Below are positions 11,451 to 24,300 of a stretch of DNA of 64,000 bases, piece after piece. The stretch covers positions 3,906,001 through 3,970,000 of the forward strand of contig NC_087436.1 in NCBI RefSeq assembly GCF_036321535.1, written 5' to 3'. Within the stretch, counting starts at the first letter, position 1; every line of letters starts with the position of its first letter. A program made the translations under genes and the position numbers. A model generated the notes under the pieces. The model was not told the origin of the DNA, made no database searches, and saw nothing but the letters and a program-made list of their open reading frames with translations. The DNA comes from Camelus dromedarius. Lineage: Eukaryota.

Positions 11451-14199
11451 GCTTTCACACACACTTATCTCTCAGAACTAAGCATGTGGGGAGACGTTCG
11501 TTCATGTAGCAAAAAGGGAACGGATTGCAGGAGAAACTTTTACTCTGGTTTCTCAGTCTGTTTCTAGTGCCGGTTTGAAGTACCTGCAGTTTTCGCTGTA
11601 AAACAGATTTGGAGCTAGATCCTCCCCATATATATGTATGGAGTGGAGTTTGCAACTGAAAAGTAACTTTGTGTTCCCAACAAGCTATGTGAAGGACGAC
11701 TTTCACACACACTTATCTGTCAGAAATTGGCATATGGAGAGACATTCCTTCATCTAGCACAAACGGAACGGTTTGCAGGATAAACTTTCTCTATGGTTCC
11801 TCAGTCTGTTTTTTAATTCCGGTTTGAAGGTCCTGCAGTTTTCACTGTGAAAACGAGTTGGAGCTAGTACCTCCCCATATATATCTATGGAGAGGAGTTT
11901 GCAAATAAAAGAAACTTTGTGTTCCCAACAAGCTAGATGAAGGACCGCTTTCACACACACATATTTCTCAGAACTGAGCATGTGGAGAGACGTTCGTTCA
12001 TCTAGCACAAAGGGAACTGTTTGCAGGAGAAACTTTTACTCTGGTTCCTCAGTATGTTTCCTCTTACCGGTTTGAAAGTCCTGCAGTTTTCACTGTTACA
12101 CCGAGTTTGAGTTAGTAACTCCCCATATATGTGTATGGAGTGGAATTTGCAACTGAAAAGAATCTTTGTGTTCCTAACAAGCTTGGTTAAGGACGGCTTT
12201 CACACACACTTATCTCTCAGAACTGAGCATGTGGAGAGACGTTAGTTCATCTACCACAAAGGGACCAGTTGCAGGAGAAACTTATACTCTGGTTTCTCAG
12301 TCTGTTTCCTCATGCCGGTTTGAAGTACCTGCAGTTCTCACTGTAAAACCGAGTTGGAGCTTGTACCTCCCCAAATATATTTATGGAGTGGAGTTTGCAA
12401 CTGAAAAGAAACTATGTGTTCCCAACAAGCTAGGTGAAGGACGGCTTTCACACACACTTATCCCTCAGAAATGAGCATGTGGAGAGACGTTCGTTCATCT
12501 AGCACAAAGTGAACTGTTTGCAGGAGAAACTTTTCCTCTGGTTTCTGAGACTTTTTCCTAGTGCCGTTTTGAATTTCATGCATTTTTAACTGTAAAATCG
12601 AGTTGGAGCTAGTACTTCCCCATATATATGTATGGAGTGAATTTTGCACCTGAAAAGATACTTTCTGTTTCCAACAATCTAAGTGAAGGACGGTTTCACA
12701 CACACTGATCTCTCAGAACTGAGCATGTGGAGAGACGTTCGTTCATCTAGCACAAAGGGAACGGGTTGCAGGAGAAACTTTTACTCTGGTTTCTCAGTCT
12801 GTTTCCTAGTGCCGGTTTTACGTTCCTGCAGTTTTCACTGTAAAACAGACTTGGAGCTAGTAACTCCCCATATATATGTTTGGAGTGGATTTTGCAACTG
12901 AAAAAAAACTTTGTGTTCCCAACAAGCAAGATGAAGGACGGCTTTCACACATCCATATTTCTCAGAACTGAGCATGTGGGGAGAAGTTCGTTCATGTAGC
13001 AAAAAGGAACGGGCTGCAGGAGAAACTTTTACTCTGGTTTCTCAGTCTGTTTTCTAGTGCCGGTTTGAAGTTCCTGCAGTTTTCGCTGTAAAACAGAGTT
13101 GGAGCTAGTTCCTCCCCATATATATGTATGGATTGGAGTTTGCTACTGAAAATAAAGTTTGTGTTCCCAACAAGCTAGGTGAAGGACGGCTTTCACACAC
13201 ACTTACCTCTCAGAAATGAGCATGTGGAGAGACGTTCGTTCATCTAGCACAAAGGGAACTGGTTGCAGGAGAAAATTTTACTCTGGTTTCTCAGTCTATT
13301 TTCTAGTGCCTGTTTGAAGTTCCTGCAGTTTTCACTGTAAAACCTAGTTGGAGCTAGTACCTCCCCAAATATATGTATGGATTGGCGTTTGCAACTGAAA
13401 AGAAAATTTGTGTTCCCAAAAAGCTAGTTGAAGTACGGCTTTCACACACAATTATCTCTCAAAACTGACCATATGGAGAGACGTTCGTTCTTCTAGCACA
13501 AAGGAAACGGGTTTCAGGAGAAACTTTTATTCTGGTTGCACAGTCTGTTTCCTAGTGCCGGTTTGATGGTCCTGCAGTTTTCACTGTTAAACCGAGCTGG
13601 AGCTACTACCCCCCAATATAAATGTATGGGGTGGAATTTGCAACTGAAAAGAATCTTTGTGTTCCCAACAAGCTACTTGAAGAACAGCTTTCTCAAACAA
13701 TTATTTCTCAGAACTGAGCATGTGGAGAGACATTCGTTCATCTAGCACAAACTTAATGGGTTGCAGGAGAAACTTTTACTTTGTTTCCTCAGTCTGTTTC
13801 CTAGTGCCGGTTTGAGGTTCCAGCAGATATCTCTGTAAAACCGAGTTGGGGCTATTACCTCCTCATATATATGTATGGATTGGAGTTTGCAACTGAAAAG
13901 AAACATTGTGTTCCCTTCAAGATAGGTGAAGGACGGCTTTCACACACACTTATCACTCAGAACTGAGCATGTGGAGAGACGTTCGTTCATCTAGCACAAA
14001 AGGAACGGATTGCAGCATAAAGTTATACTGTAGTTTCTCAGTTTGTTTCCTTGTACTGGTATGAAGTTCCTGCAGTTCTCACTGTAAAACATATTTTGAG
14101 CTACTACCTCCCCATATATATGTATGGAGAAGGGTTTGGAACAGAAAAGTAACTCTGTGTTCCCAACAAGCTACGTGAAGGACGGCTTTCACACACTTA

Positions 14200-16450
14200 T
14201 CTCTCAGAACAGAGCATGAGGAGAGACGTTCGTTCATCTAGCACAAAAGGAACAGTTGCAGTAGAAACTTTTACTCTGGTTTCTCAGTGTGTTTCCTAGT
14301 GCCGGTTTGAAGTTCCTGCAGTTTTCACTGTAAAACAGACTTGGAGGTAGTATCTCCCCATATATATGTTTCGAGTGGTGTTTGCAACTGAAAAGAAACT
14401 TTGTGTTCCCAACAAGCTAGGTGAAGAACGGCTTTCACACACAATTATCTCTCAGAAATGAGCATGTGGAGAGACGTTCGTTCATCTAGCACAAAGGGAA
14501 CGGGTTGCAGGAGAAACTTTTACTCTGGTTTCTCAGTCTGTTTCCTAGTGCCTGTCTGAAGTTCCTGCAGTTTTCACTGTAAAACCGAGTTGGAGCTAGT
14601 ACTTCCCCGTATACATGTATGGAGTGGAGTTTGCAACTGAAAAGAAATTTTGTATTCCCAACAAGCTATGTGAAATACGGCTTTCACACACACTAATCTG
14701 TCAGAAATTAGCATATGGAGAGACATTCGTTCATCTAGCAAAAAGGGAACTGGTTGCAGGAGAAACTTTTACTCTGGTTTCTCAGACTGTTTCGTAGTTC
14801 CGGTTTTAAATTCCTGCACTTTTCACTGTAAAACCGAGTTGGAACTAGTACCTCCCCATATATATCTATGGAGACGAGTTTGCAAATAAAAGAAACTTTG
14901 TGTTCCCAACAAGCTAGATGAAGGACCGCTTTCACACACACATATTTCTCAGAACTGAGCATGTGGAGAGACGTTCGTTCATCTAGCACAAAGGGAACTG
15001 GTTGCAGGAGAAACTTTTACTCTGTTTTCTCAGTATGTTTCCTCGTACCGGTTTGAAAGTCCTGCAGTTTTCACTGTTAAACCGATTTTGAGTTAGTACC
15101 TCCCCATATATGTGTATGGAGTGGAGTTTGCAACTGAAAAGAATCTTTGTGTTCCTAACAAGCTTGGTTAAGGACGGCTTTCACACACAATTATCTCTCA
15201 GAACTGAGCAAGTGGAGAGACGTTCGTTCATATTGCCCCAAGGGAACGGATTGCAGGAGACACTTTTTCTCTGCTTTCTCAGTCTGTTTCCTAGTGTCGG
15301 TTTGAAGTACCTGCAGTTTTCACTGTAAAACCGAGTTGGAGCTAGTACCTCCCCATATATATGTATGCAATGAAGTTTGCAACTGAAAAGAAACTTTGTG
15401 TTCCCAACAAGCTAGGTGAAGGACGGCTTTAACACACACTTATCTCTCAGAACTGAGCATGTGGAGAGACGTTAGTTCATCTAGCACAAAAGGATCAGTT
15501 GCAGTAGAAACTTTTACTCTGGTTTCTCTGTGTGTTTCCTAGTGCCGGTTTGAAGTTCCTGCAGTTTTCACTGTAAAACAGACTTGGAGATAATACCTCC
15601 CCATATATATGTTTGGAGTGTGGTTTGCAACTGAAAAGAAACTTTGTGTTCCCAACAAGCTAGGTGAAGAACGGCTTTCACACACAATTATCTCTCAGAA
15701 CTGAGCATGTGGAGAGACGTTCGTTCATCTAGCACAAAGGGAACGGGTTGCAGGAGAAACTTTTACTCTGGTTTCTCAGTCTGTTTCCTAGTGCATGTCT
15801 GAAGTTCCTGCAGTTTTCACTGTAAAACCGAGTTGGAGCTAGTACTTCCCCGTATACATGTATGGAGTGGAGTTTGCAACTGAAAAGAAATTTTGTATTC
15901 CCAACAAGCTATGTGAAATACGGCTTTCACACACACTTATCTCTCAGAAATTAGCATATGGAGAGACATTCTTTCATCTAGCAAAAAGGGAACTGGTTGC
16001 AGGAGAAACTTTTACTCTGGTTTCTCAGTCTGTTTCGTAGTTCCGGTTTTAAATTCCTGCACTTTTCACTGTAAAACCGAGTTGGAACTAGTACCTCCCC
16101 ATATATATCTATGGAGACGTGTTTGCAAATAAAAGAAACTTTGTGTTCCCAACAAGCTAGATGAAGGACCGCTTTCACACACACATATTTCTCAGAACTG
16201 AGCATGTGGAGAGACGTTCGTTCATCTAGCACAAAGGGAACTGGTTGCAGGAGAAACTTTTACTCTGTTTCCTCAGTATGTTTCCTCGTACCGGTTTGAA
16301 AGTCCTGCAGTTTTCACTGTTAAACCGATTTTGAGTTAGTACCTCCCCATATATGTGTATGGAGTGGAGTTTGCAACTGAAAAGAATCTTTGTGTTCCTA
16401 ACAAGCTTGGTTAACGACGGCTTTCACACACACATCTCTCAGAACTGAGC
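14200..16450 (+). repeat. Tandem duplication with a 1243 bp period (5 monomers), ~2 copies; a related block lies at 1-800
   Basis: ORF pairs 14615/15858 and 14735/15978 have offset 1243. The same ORFs occur at 218 and 338 (offset 14397 to the first copy). Confidence 0.9.
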
Positions 16451-19400
16451 AAGTGGAGAGACGTTAGTTCATCTACCACAAAGGGACTAGTTGCAGTAGA
16501 AACTTTTACTCTGGTTTCTCAGTCTGTTTCCTCGTGCCGGTTTGAAGTACCTGCAGTTCTCACTGTAAAACAGAGTTGGAGCTTGTACCTCTCCAAATGT
16601 ATTTATGGAGTGGAGTTTGCCACTTAAAAGAAACTATGTGTTCCCAACAAGCTAGGTGAAGGACGGCTTTCACACACACTTATCCCTCAGAAATGAGCAT
16701 GTGGAGAGACGTTCGTTCATCTAGCACAAAGGGAACTGTTTGCAGGAGAAACTTTTCCTCTGGTTTCTGAGACTTTTTCCTAGTGCCGTTTTGAATTACA
16801 TGCATTTTTCACTGTAAAATCGAGTTGGAGCTAGTACTTCCCCATATATATGTATGGAGTGAATTTTGCACCTGAAAAGATACTTTCTGTTTCCAACAAT
16901 CTAAGTGAAGGACGGTTTCACAAACACTGATCTCTCAGAACTGAGCATGTGGAGAGACGTTCGTTCATCTAGCACCAAGGGAACGGGATGCAGGAGAAAC
17001 TTTTACTCTGGTTTCTCAGTCTGTTTCCTAGTGCCTGTTGGATGGTCCTGCAGTTTTCACTGTAAAACAGAGTTGGAGCTAGTTCCTCCCCATATATATG
17101 TATGGAGTGAAGTTTGCAACTGAAAATAAACTTTGTTTTCCCAACAAGCTGTGTGAAGTACGGCTTTCACACACAATTACCTCTCAGAACTGAGCATGTG
17201 GAGAGACATTCGTTCATCTAGCACAAAGGGAACGGGTTGCAGGAGGAACTTTTACTCTGGTTTCTCAGTCTGTTTCCTACTGCCGGTTTGAAGATCCTGC
17301 AGATTTCACTGTAAAACCGAGTTGGAGCTAGTACCACCACATATATAATTATGGAGTGGATTTTGCAACTGAGAACATACTTTCTGTTTTCTACAAGCTA
17401 GGTGAAGTACGTTTTCACACACACTTATCTCTCAGAACTGAGCATGTGGAGAGACGTTGGTTCATCTAGCACCAAGGGAACGGGTTGCAGGAGAAACTTT
17501 TACTCTGGTTTCTGAGCCTTTTTCCTACTGCCGGTTTGAACTTCATGCAGTTTTCACAGTAAAACCGTGTTGGAGCTTGTTCCTCCCCATATATATGTAT
17601 AGAGAATGGTTTGCAACTGAAAAGAAACTTTGTTTTCCCAACAAGCTAGTTGAAGAACGGCGTACACACACACTTATCCCTCAGAACTGATCATGTGGAG
17701 AGACCTTCGTTCATCTAGCACAAAGGGAACGGGTCCCAGGAGAAACTTTTACTCTGTTTTCTCAGTCTGTTTCCTCGTGCCGGTTTGAAGTTCCTGCAGT
17801 TTTCACTGTAAAACAGACTTGGAGCTAGTACCTCCTCATATATATGTTTGGAGTGGAATTGGCAACTGAAAAGAAACTTTGTGTTCCCAACAAGCTAGGT
17901 GAATAACGGCTTTCACACACAATTATCTCACAGAACTCAGCAGGTGGAGAGACGTTCGTTCATCTAGCACAAAGGGAACGGGTTGCTGGGAAACATTTAC
18001 TCTGGTTTCTCAGTCTGTTTCCTAGTGCCTGTTTGAAGTTTCTGCAGTTTTCACTGTACAACCGAGTTTGAGCTAGTACCTCCCCATATATTTTAATGGA
18101 TTGGAGTTTGTAACTTTAAAGGAATTTTGTATTCCCAACAAGCTAGGTGAAGGAAGGCTTTCACACACACTTATTCCTCATAACTGAGCATGAGGAGAGA
18201 CGTTCGTTCACCTAGCACAAAGGGAACTGATTGCAGGAGAAACTTTTACTCTGGTTTCTCAGTCTGTTTCCTAGTGCCGGTTTGAAGTTCCTCCAGTTTT
18301 CACTGTAAAACGGTGTTGGAGATAGTACCTCCCCGTATATATGTATGGAGTGGACTTTGAAACTGAAAATAAACTTTGTGTTCCCAACAAGCTAGGTGAA
18401 GGAATGCTTTCACACACACTTATTTCTCAGAACTGAGCATGTGGAGAGACTTTCGTTCATCTAGCACAAACTTAACGGGTTGCAGGAGAAACTTTAACTC
18501 TATTTCCTCAGTCTGTTTCCTAGTGCCGGATTGAAGTTCTTGTAGATATTTCTGTAAAACCGAGTTGGAGCTAGTACCTCCCCATATATATGTATGGAGT
18601 GGAGTTTGCAACTGAAAAGAATCTTTGTGTTCCCAACAAGCTAGTTGAAGAACAGCTTTCACAAACAATTTTTCTCAGAACTGAGAATGTGGAGAGACGT
18701 TCGTTCATCTAGCACAAAGGGAACGGTTTGCAGGGGAACTTTTACTGTGGTATCTCAGTGTGTTTCCTAGTGCCGTTTTGAAGTTCCTGCAGTATTCACT
18801 GTTAAACCGAGTTGGAGCTGGAACCATCCCATATATATGTATGGATTGGAGATTGCAACTGAAAAGAAACTTTGTTTTCACAACAAGCTAGATGAAGGAC
18901 GGCTTTCACACACACTTATCTCTCAGAACTGAGCATGTGGAGAGACGTTCGTTCATCTAGCAAAAAAGGAACGGGATGCAGCATAAACATTTACTGTAGT
19001 CTCTCAGTCTGTTTCCTATTGCCGGTTTGAAGTTCCTGCAGTTTTCACTGTAAAACAGATTTGGAGCTAGTACCTCCCCATATATATGTATGGAGAAGGG
19101 TTTGGAACAGAAAAGTTATTTTGTGTTCCCAAAATCTAGGTGAAGGACGGCTTTCACACACACTTATCTCTCAGAACTTAGCATGTGGAGAGACGTTCGT
19201 TCATCTAGCACAAAGGGAACGGTTTGCAGGAGGAAATATTACTCTGGTTTCTCAGTCTGTTTCCTAGTGCCGGTTTGAAGTTCCTGCAGTTTTCACTGTA
19301 AAACAGACTTGAAGCTAGTACCTCCCCATATATATGTTTGGAGTGGAGTTTGCAACTGAAAAGAAACTTTGTATTCCCAACAGCCTGGTAAAGAACGGCT

Positions 19401-21375
19401 TTCACACGCAATTATCTCTCAGAACTGAGCATGTGGAGAGACGTTCGTTCATCTAGAACAAAGGGAACAGGTTGCAGGAGAAACTTTTACTCTGGTTTCT
19501 CAGTCTGTTTCCTAGTGCCTGTTTGAAGTTCCTGCAGTTTTCACTGTAAAACCGAGTTGGAGCTAGTACTTCCCCATATATATTAATGGAGTGGAGTTTG
19601 CAACTGAAAAGAAATTTTGTATTCCCAACAAGCTAGGTGAAGGAACGCTTTCACACACAATTATTTCTCAGAACTGAGCATGAGGAGAGACGTTCGTTCA
19701 TCTAGCAACAAGGGAACGGATTGCAGGAGAAACATTTACTCTGGGTTCTCAGTCTGTTTCCTAGTGCCGGTTTGAAGTACCTGCAGTTCTCACTGTAAAA
19801 CCGAGTTGTTGCTAGGACCTCCCCATATATATCTATGGAGAGGAGTTTGCAAATAAAAGAAACTTTGTGTTCCCAACAACCTAGATGAAGGACCGCTTTC
19901 ACACACACATATTTCTCAGAACTGAGCATGTGGAGAGACGTTCTTTCATCTAGCACAAAGGGAACTGGTTGCAGGAGAAACTTTTACCCTGGTTCCTCAG
20001 TATGTTTCCTCGTACAGGTTTGAAAGTCCTGCAGTTTTCACTGTTAAACCGAGTTTGAGTTAGTACCTCCCCATATATGTGTATGGAGTGGAGTTTGCAA
20101 CTTAAAAGAATCTTTGTGTTCCTAACAAGCTTGGTTAAGGACGGCTTTCACACACAATTATCTCTCAGAACTGAGCATGTGGAGAGACGTTAGTTCATCT
20201 ACCACAAAGGGACCAGTTGCAGTAGAAACTTTTACTCTGGTTTCTCAGTCTGTTTCCTCGTGCCGGTTTGAAGTACCTGCAGTTCTCACTGTAAAACCGA
20301 GTTGGAGCTTGTACCTCCCCAAATATATTTATGGAGTGGAGTTTGCAACTGAAAAGAAACTATGTGTTCCCAACAAGCTAGGTGAATAACGGCTTTCACA
20401 CACAATTATCTCACAGAACTCAGCAGGTGGAGAGACGTTCGTTCATCTTGCACAAAGGGAACGGGTTGCAGGGAAACATTTACTCTGGTTTCTCAGTCTG
20501 TTTCCTAGTGCCTGTTTGAAGTTCCTGCAGTTTTCACTGTACAACCGAGTTGGAGCTAGTACCTCCCCATATATTTTAATGGATTGGAGTTTGTAAATTA
20601 AAAGAAATTTTGTATTCCCAACAAGCTAGGTGAAGGAAGGCTTTCACACACACTTATTCCTCATAACTGAGCATGAGAAGAGACGTTCGTTCATCTAGCA
20701 CAAAGGGAACTGGTTGCAGGAGAAACTTTTACTCTGGTTTCTCAGTCTGTTTCCTAGTGCCGGTTTGAAGTTCCTCCAGTTTTCACTGTAAAACGGTGTT
20801 GGAGATAGTACCTCCCCGTATATATGTATGGAGTGGACTTTGAAACTGAAAATAAACTTTGTGTTCCCAACAAGCTAGGAGAAGGAATGCTTTCACACAC
20901 ACTTATTTCTCAGAACTGAGCATGTGGAGAGACTTTCGTTCATCTAGCTCAAACTTAACGGGTTGCAGGAGAAACTTTAACTCTATTTCCTCAGTCTGTT
21001 TCCTAGTGCCGGATTGAAGTTCTTGCAGATATTTCTGTAAAACCGAGTTGGAGCTTGTACCTCCCCATATATATGTATGGAGTGGAGTTTGCAACTGAAA
21101 AGAATCTTTGTGTTCCCAACAAGCTAGTTGAAGAACAGCTTTCACAAACAATTTTTCTCAGAACTGAGCATGTGCAGGGACATTCGTTCATCTAGCACAA
21201 ACTTAAAGGGTTGCAGGAGAAACTTTAACTCTATTTCCTCAGTCTGTTTCCTAGTGCCGGATTGAAGTTCTTGCAGATATTTCTGTAAAACCGAGTTGGA
21301 GCTAGTACCTCCCTATATATATGTATGGAGTGGAGTTTGCAACTGAAAAGAAACTTTGTGTTCCCAACAAGCTAG

Positions 21376-24300
21376 GTGAAGGACGGCTTTCACACACTTA
21401 TCTCTCAGAACAGAGCATGTGGAGAGACGTTCGTTCATCTAGCACAAAGGGAACGGTTTGCAGGGGAACTTTTACTGTGGTATCTCAGTGTGTTTCCTAG
21501 TGCCGTTTTGAAGTTCCTCCAGTATTCACTGTTAAACCGAGTTGGAGCTGGTACCACCCCATATATATGTATGGATTGGAGTTTGCAACTGAAAAGAAAC
21601 TTTGTTTTCCCAACAAGCTAGATGAAGGATGGCTTTCACACAGACTTATCTCTCAGAACTGAGCATGTGGAGAGACGTTCGTTCATCTAGCACAAAAGGA
21701 ACGGGTTGCAGCATAAACATTTACTGTAGTTTCTCAGTCTGTTTCCTATTGCCGGTTTGAAGTTCCTGCAGTTTTCACTGTAAAACAGATTTGGAGCTTG
21801 TACCTCCCCATATATATGTATGGAGAAGGGTTTGGAACAGAAAAGTAACTTTGTGTTCCCAAAATCTAAGTGAAGGACGGCTTTCACACACACTTATCTG
21901 TCAGAAATGAGCACGTGGAGAGATGTTTGTTCATGTAGAACCAAGGGAATGGGTTGCAGGAGGAACTTTTACTCTGGTTTCTCACTCTGTTTCCAAGTGC
22001 CGGTTTGAATTTCCTTCAGTTTTCACACTTAAACCGAGTTGGACCTAGAAACGCAACATATATATGTATGGAGTGGAGTTTGCTACTGAAAAGAAACTTT
22101 GTGTTCCCAACAAGCTAGGTGAAGGACGGCTTTCACACACACTTATCTCTCAGAAATGAGCATGTGGAGAGACTTTCGTTCATGTAGCACAAAGGGAACG
22201 GGTTGCAGGAGAAACTTTTACTCTGCTTTCTCAGTCTGTTACCTAGTGCCTGTTTGATGGTCCTGCCGTTTTCACTGTAAAACAAAGTTGGAGCTAGTCC
22301 CTCCCCATATATATGTATGGAGTGAAGTTTGCAACTGAAAATAAACTTTCTGTTCCCAACAAGGTATGTGAAGTACGGCTTTCACACACACTTACCTCTC
22401 AGAACTGAGCATGTGGAGAGACTTTCGTTCATCTAGCACAAAGGGAACGGTTTGCAGGAGGAAATTTTACTCTGGTTTCTCAGTCTGTTTCCTAGTGCCG
22501 GTTTGAAGTTCCTGCAGTTTTCACAGTAAAACAGACTTGAAGCTAGTACCTCCCCATATATATGTTTGGAGTGGAGTTTGCAACTGAAAAGGAACTTTGT
22601 ATTCCCAACAGCTAGGTAAAGAACGGCTTTCACACACAATTATCTCTCAGAACTGAGCATGTGGAGAGACTTTCGTTCATCTAGCACAAAGGGAACGGGT
22701 TGCATTAGAAAATTTACTCTGGATTCTCAGACTTTTTCCTAGTGCCGGTTTGATTTTTCTGCAGATTTCAATGTAAAATCGAGTTGGAGCTATTACCTCC
22801 CCATATAAATTTATGGAGTGGAGTTTGCAACTGAAAAGAAACTTTGTGTTCCCAACAAGCTAGGTGAAGGAAGGCTTTCACACACATATATCCCTCAGAA
22901 CTGAGCATGTGGAGAGACGTTCGTTCATCTAGCACAAAGGGAACGGGTTGCAGGAGAAACTTTTACTGTGGTTCCTCATTCTGTTTTCTAGTGCCGGGTT
23001 GATGGTCCTGCAGTTTTCAATGTTAAACCGATTTGGAGCTAGTACCTCACCATAGATATGTATGGAGTGGTGTTTGCAACTGAAAACAAACTTTGTGTTC
23101 CCAACAAGCTAGGTGAAGGACGGCTTTCACACACACTTATCTCTCAGAACTGAGCATGTGGAGAGACGATGGTTCATCTAGCACAAAGGGAATGGGTTGC
23201 AGGAGAAACTTATACTCTGGTTTCTGAGACTTTTTCCTAGTGCCGTTTTGAAGTTCATGCAGTTTTCACTGTAAAATCGAGTTTGAGCTACTACTTCCCC
23301 ATATATATGTATGGAGTGAATTTTGCACCTGAAAAGATACTTTCTGTTCCCTAGAATCTAGGTGAAGGACGGTTTCACACACACTGATCTCTCAGAACTG
23401 AGCATGTGGGGAGACGTTCGTTCAGCTAGCACAAAGGGAACGGGATGCTGGAGAAACTTTTACTCTGGTTTCTCAGTCTGTTTCCTAGTGCCTGTTTGAT
23501 GGTCCTGCAGTTTTCACTGTAAAACACTGTTGGAGCTAGTTCCTCCCCATATATATGTATGGAGTGAAGTTTGCAACTGAAAATAAGCTTTGTGTTCCCA
23601 ACAAGCTAGGTGAAGAACGGCTTTCACACACACTTACCTCTCAGAACTGAGCATGTGGAGAGACGTTCGTTCATCTAGCACAAAGGGAACGGGTTGCAGG
23701 AGGAAATTTTACTCTGGTTTCTCAGTCTGTTTCCTAGTGCCGTTTTGCAGTTCCTGCAGTTTTCACTGTATAACCGTGTTGGAGCTAGAACCTCCCGATA
23801 TAAATGTATGGAGTGGAGTTTGCAACTGAAAAGAAACTTTGTGTTCCCAACAAGCTAGGTGAAGGAAGGCTTTCACACACCTTTATCCCTCAGAACTGAG
23901 CATGTGGAGAGACGTTCGTTCATCTAACAAAAAGGGAACGGATTGCAGGAGAAATTTTTACTGTGGTTCCTCTGTCTGTTTTCTAGTGCCGGGTTGATGG
24001 TCCTGCAGATTTCAATGTTAAACCGAGTTGGAGCAAGAACCTACCCATATATATATATGGAGAGGAGTTTGCAACTGAAAAGAAACTTTGTGTTCCCAAC
24101 AAGCTAATTGAAGGACGGCTTTCACACACACATATTTCTCAGAACTGAGCATGTGGAGAGACTTTCGTTCATCTAGCACAAATGGAAAGGGTTGCAGGAG
24201 AAACATTTACTCTGGATTCTCAATCTTTTTCCTAGTGCCGGTTTGAAGTTCATGCAGTTTTCACTGTAAAACCGAGTTGGAGCTAGAACCTACCCATATA

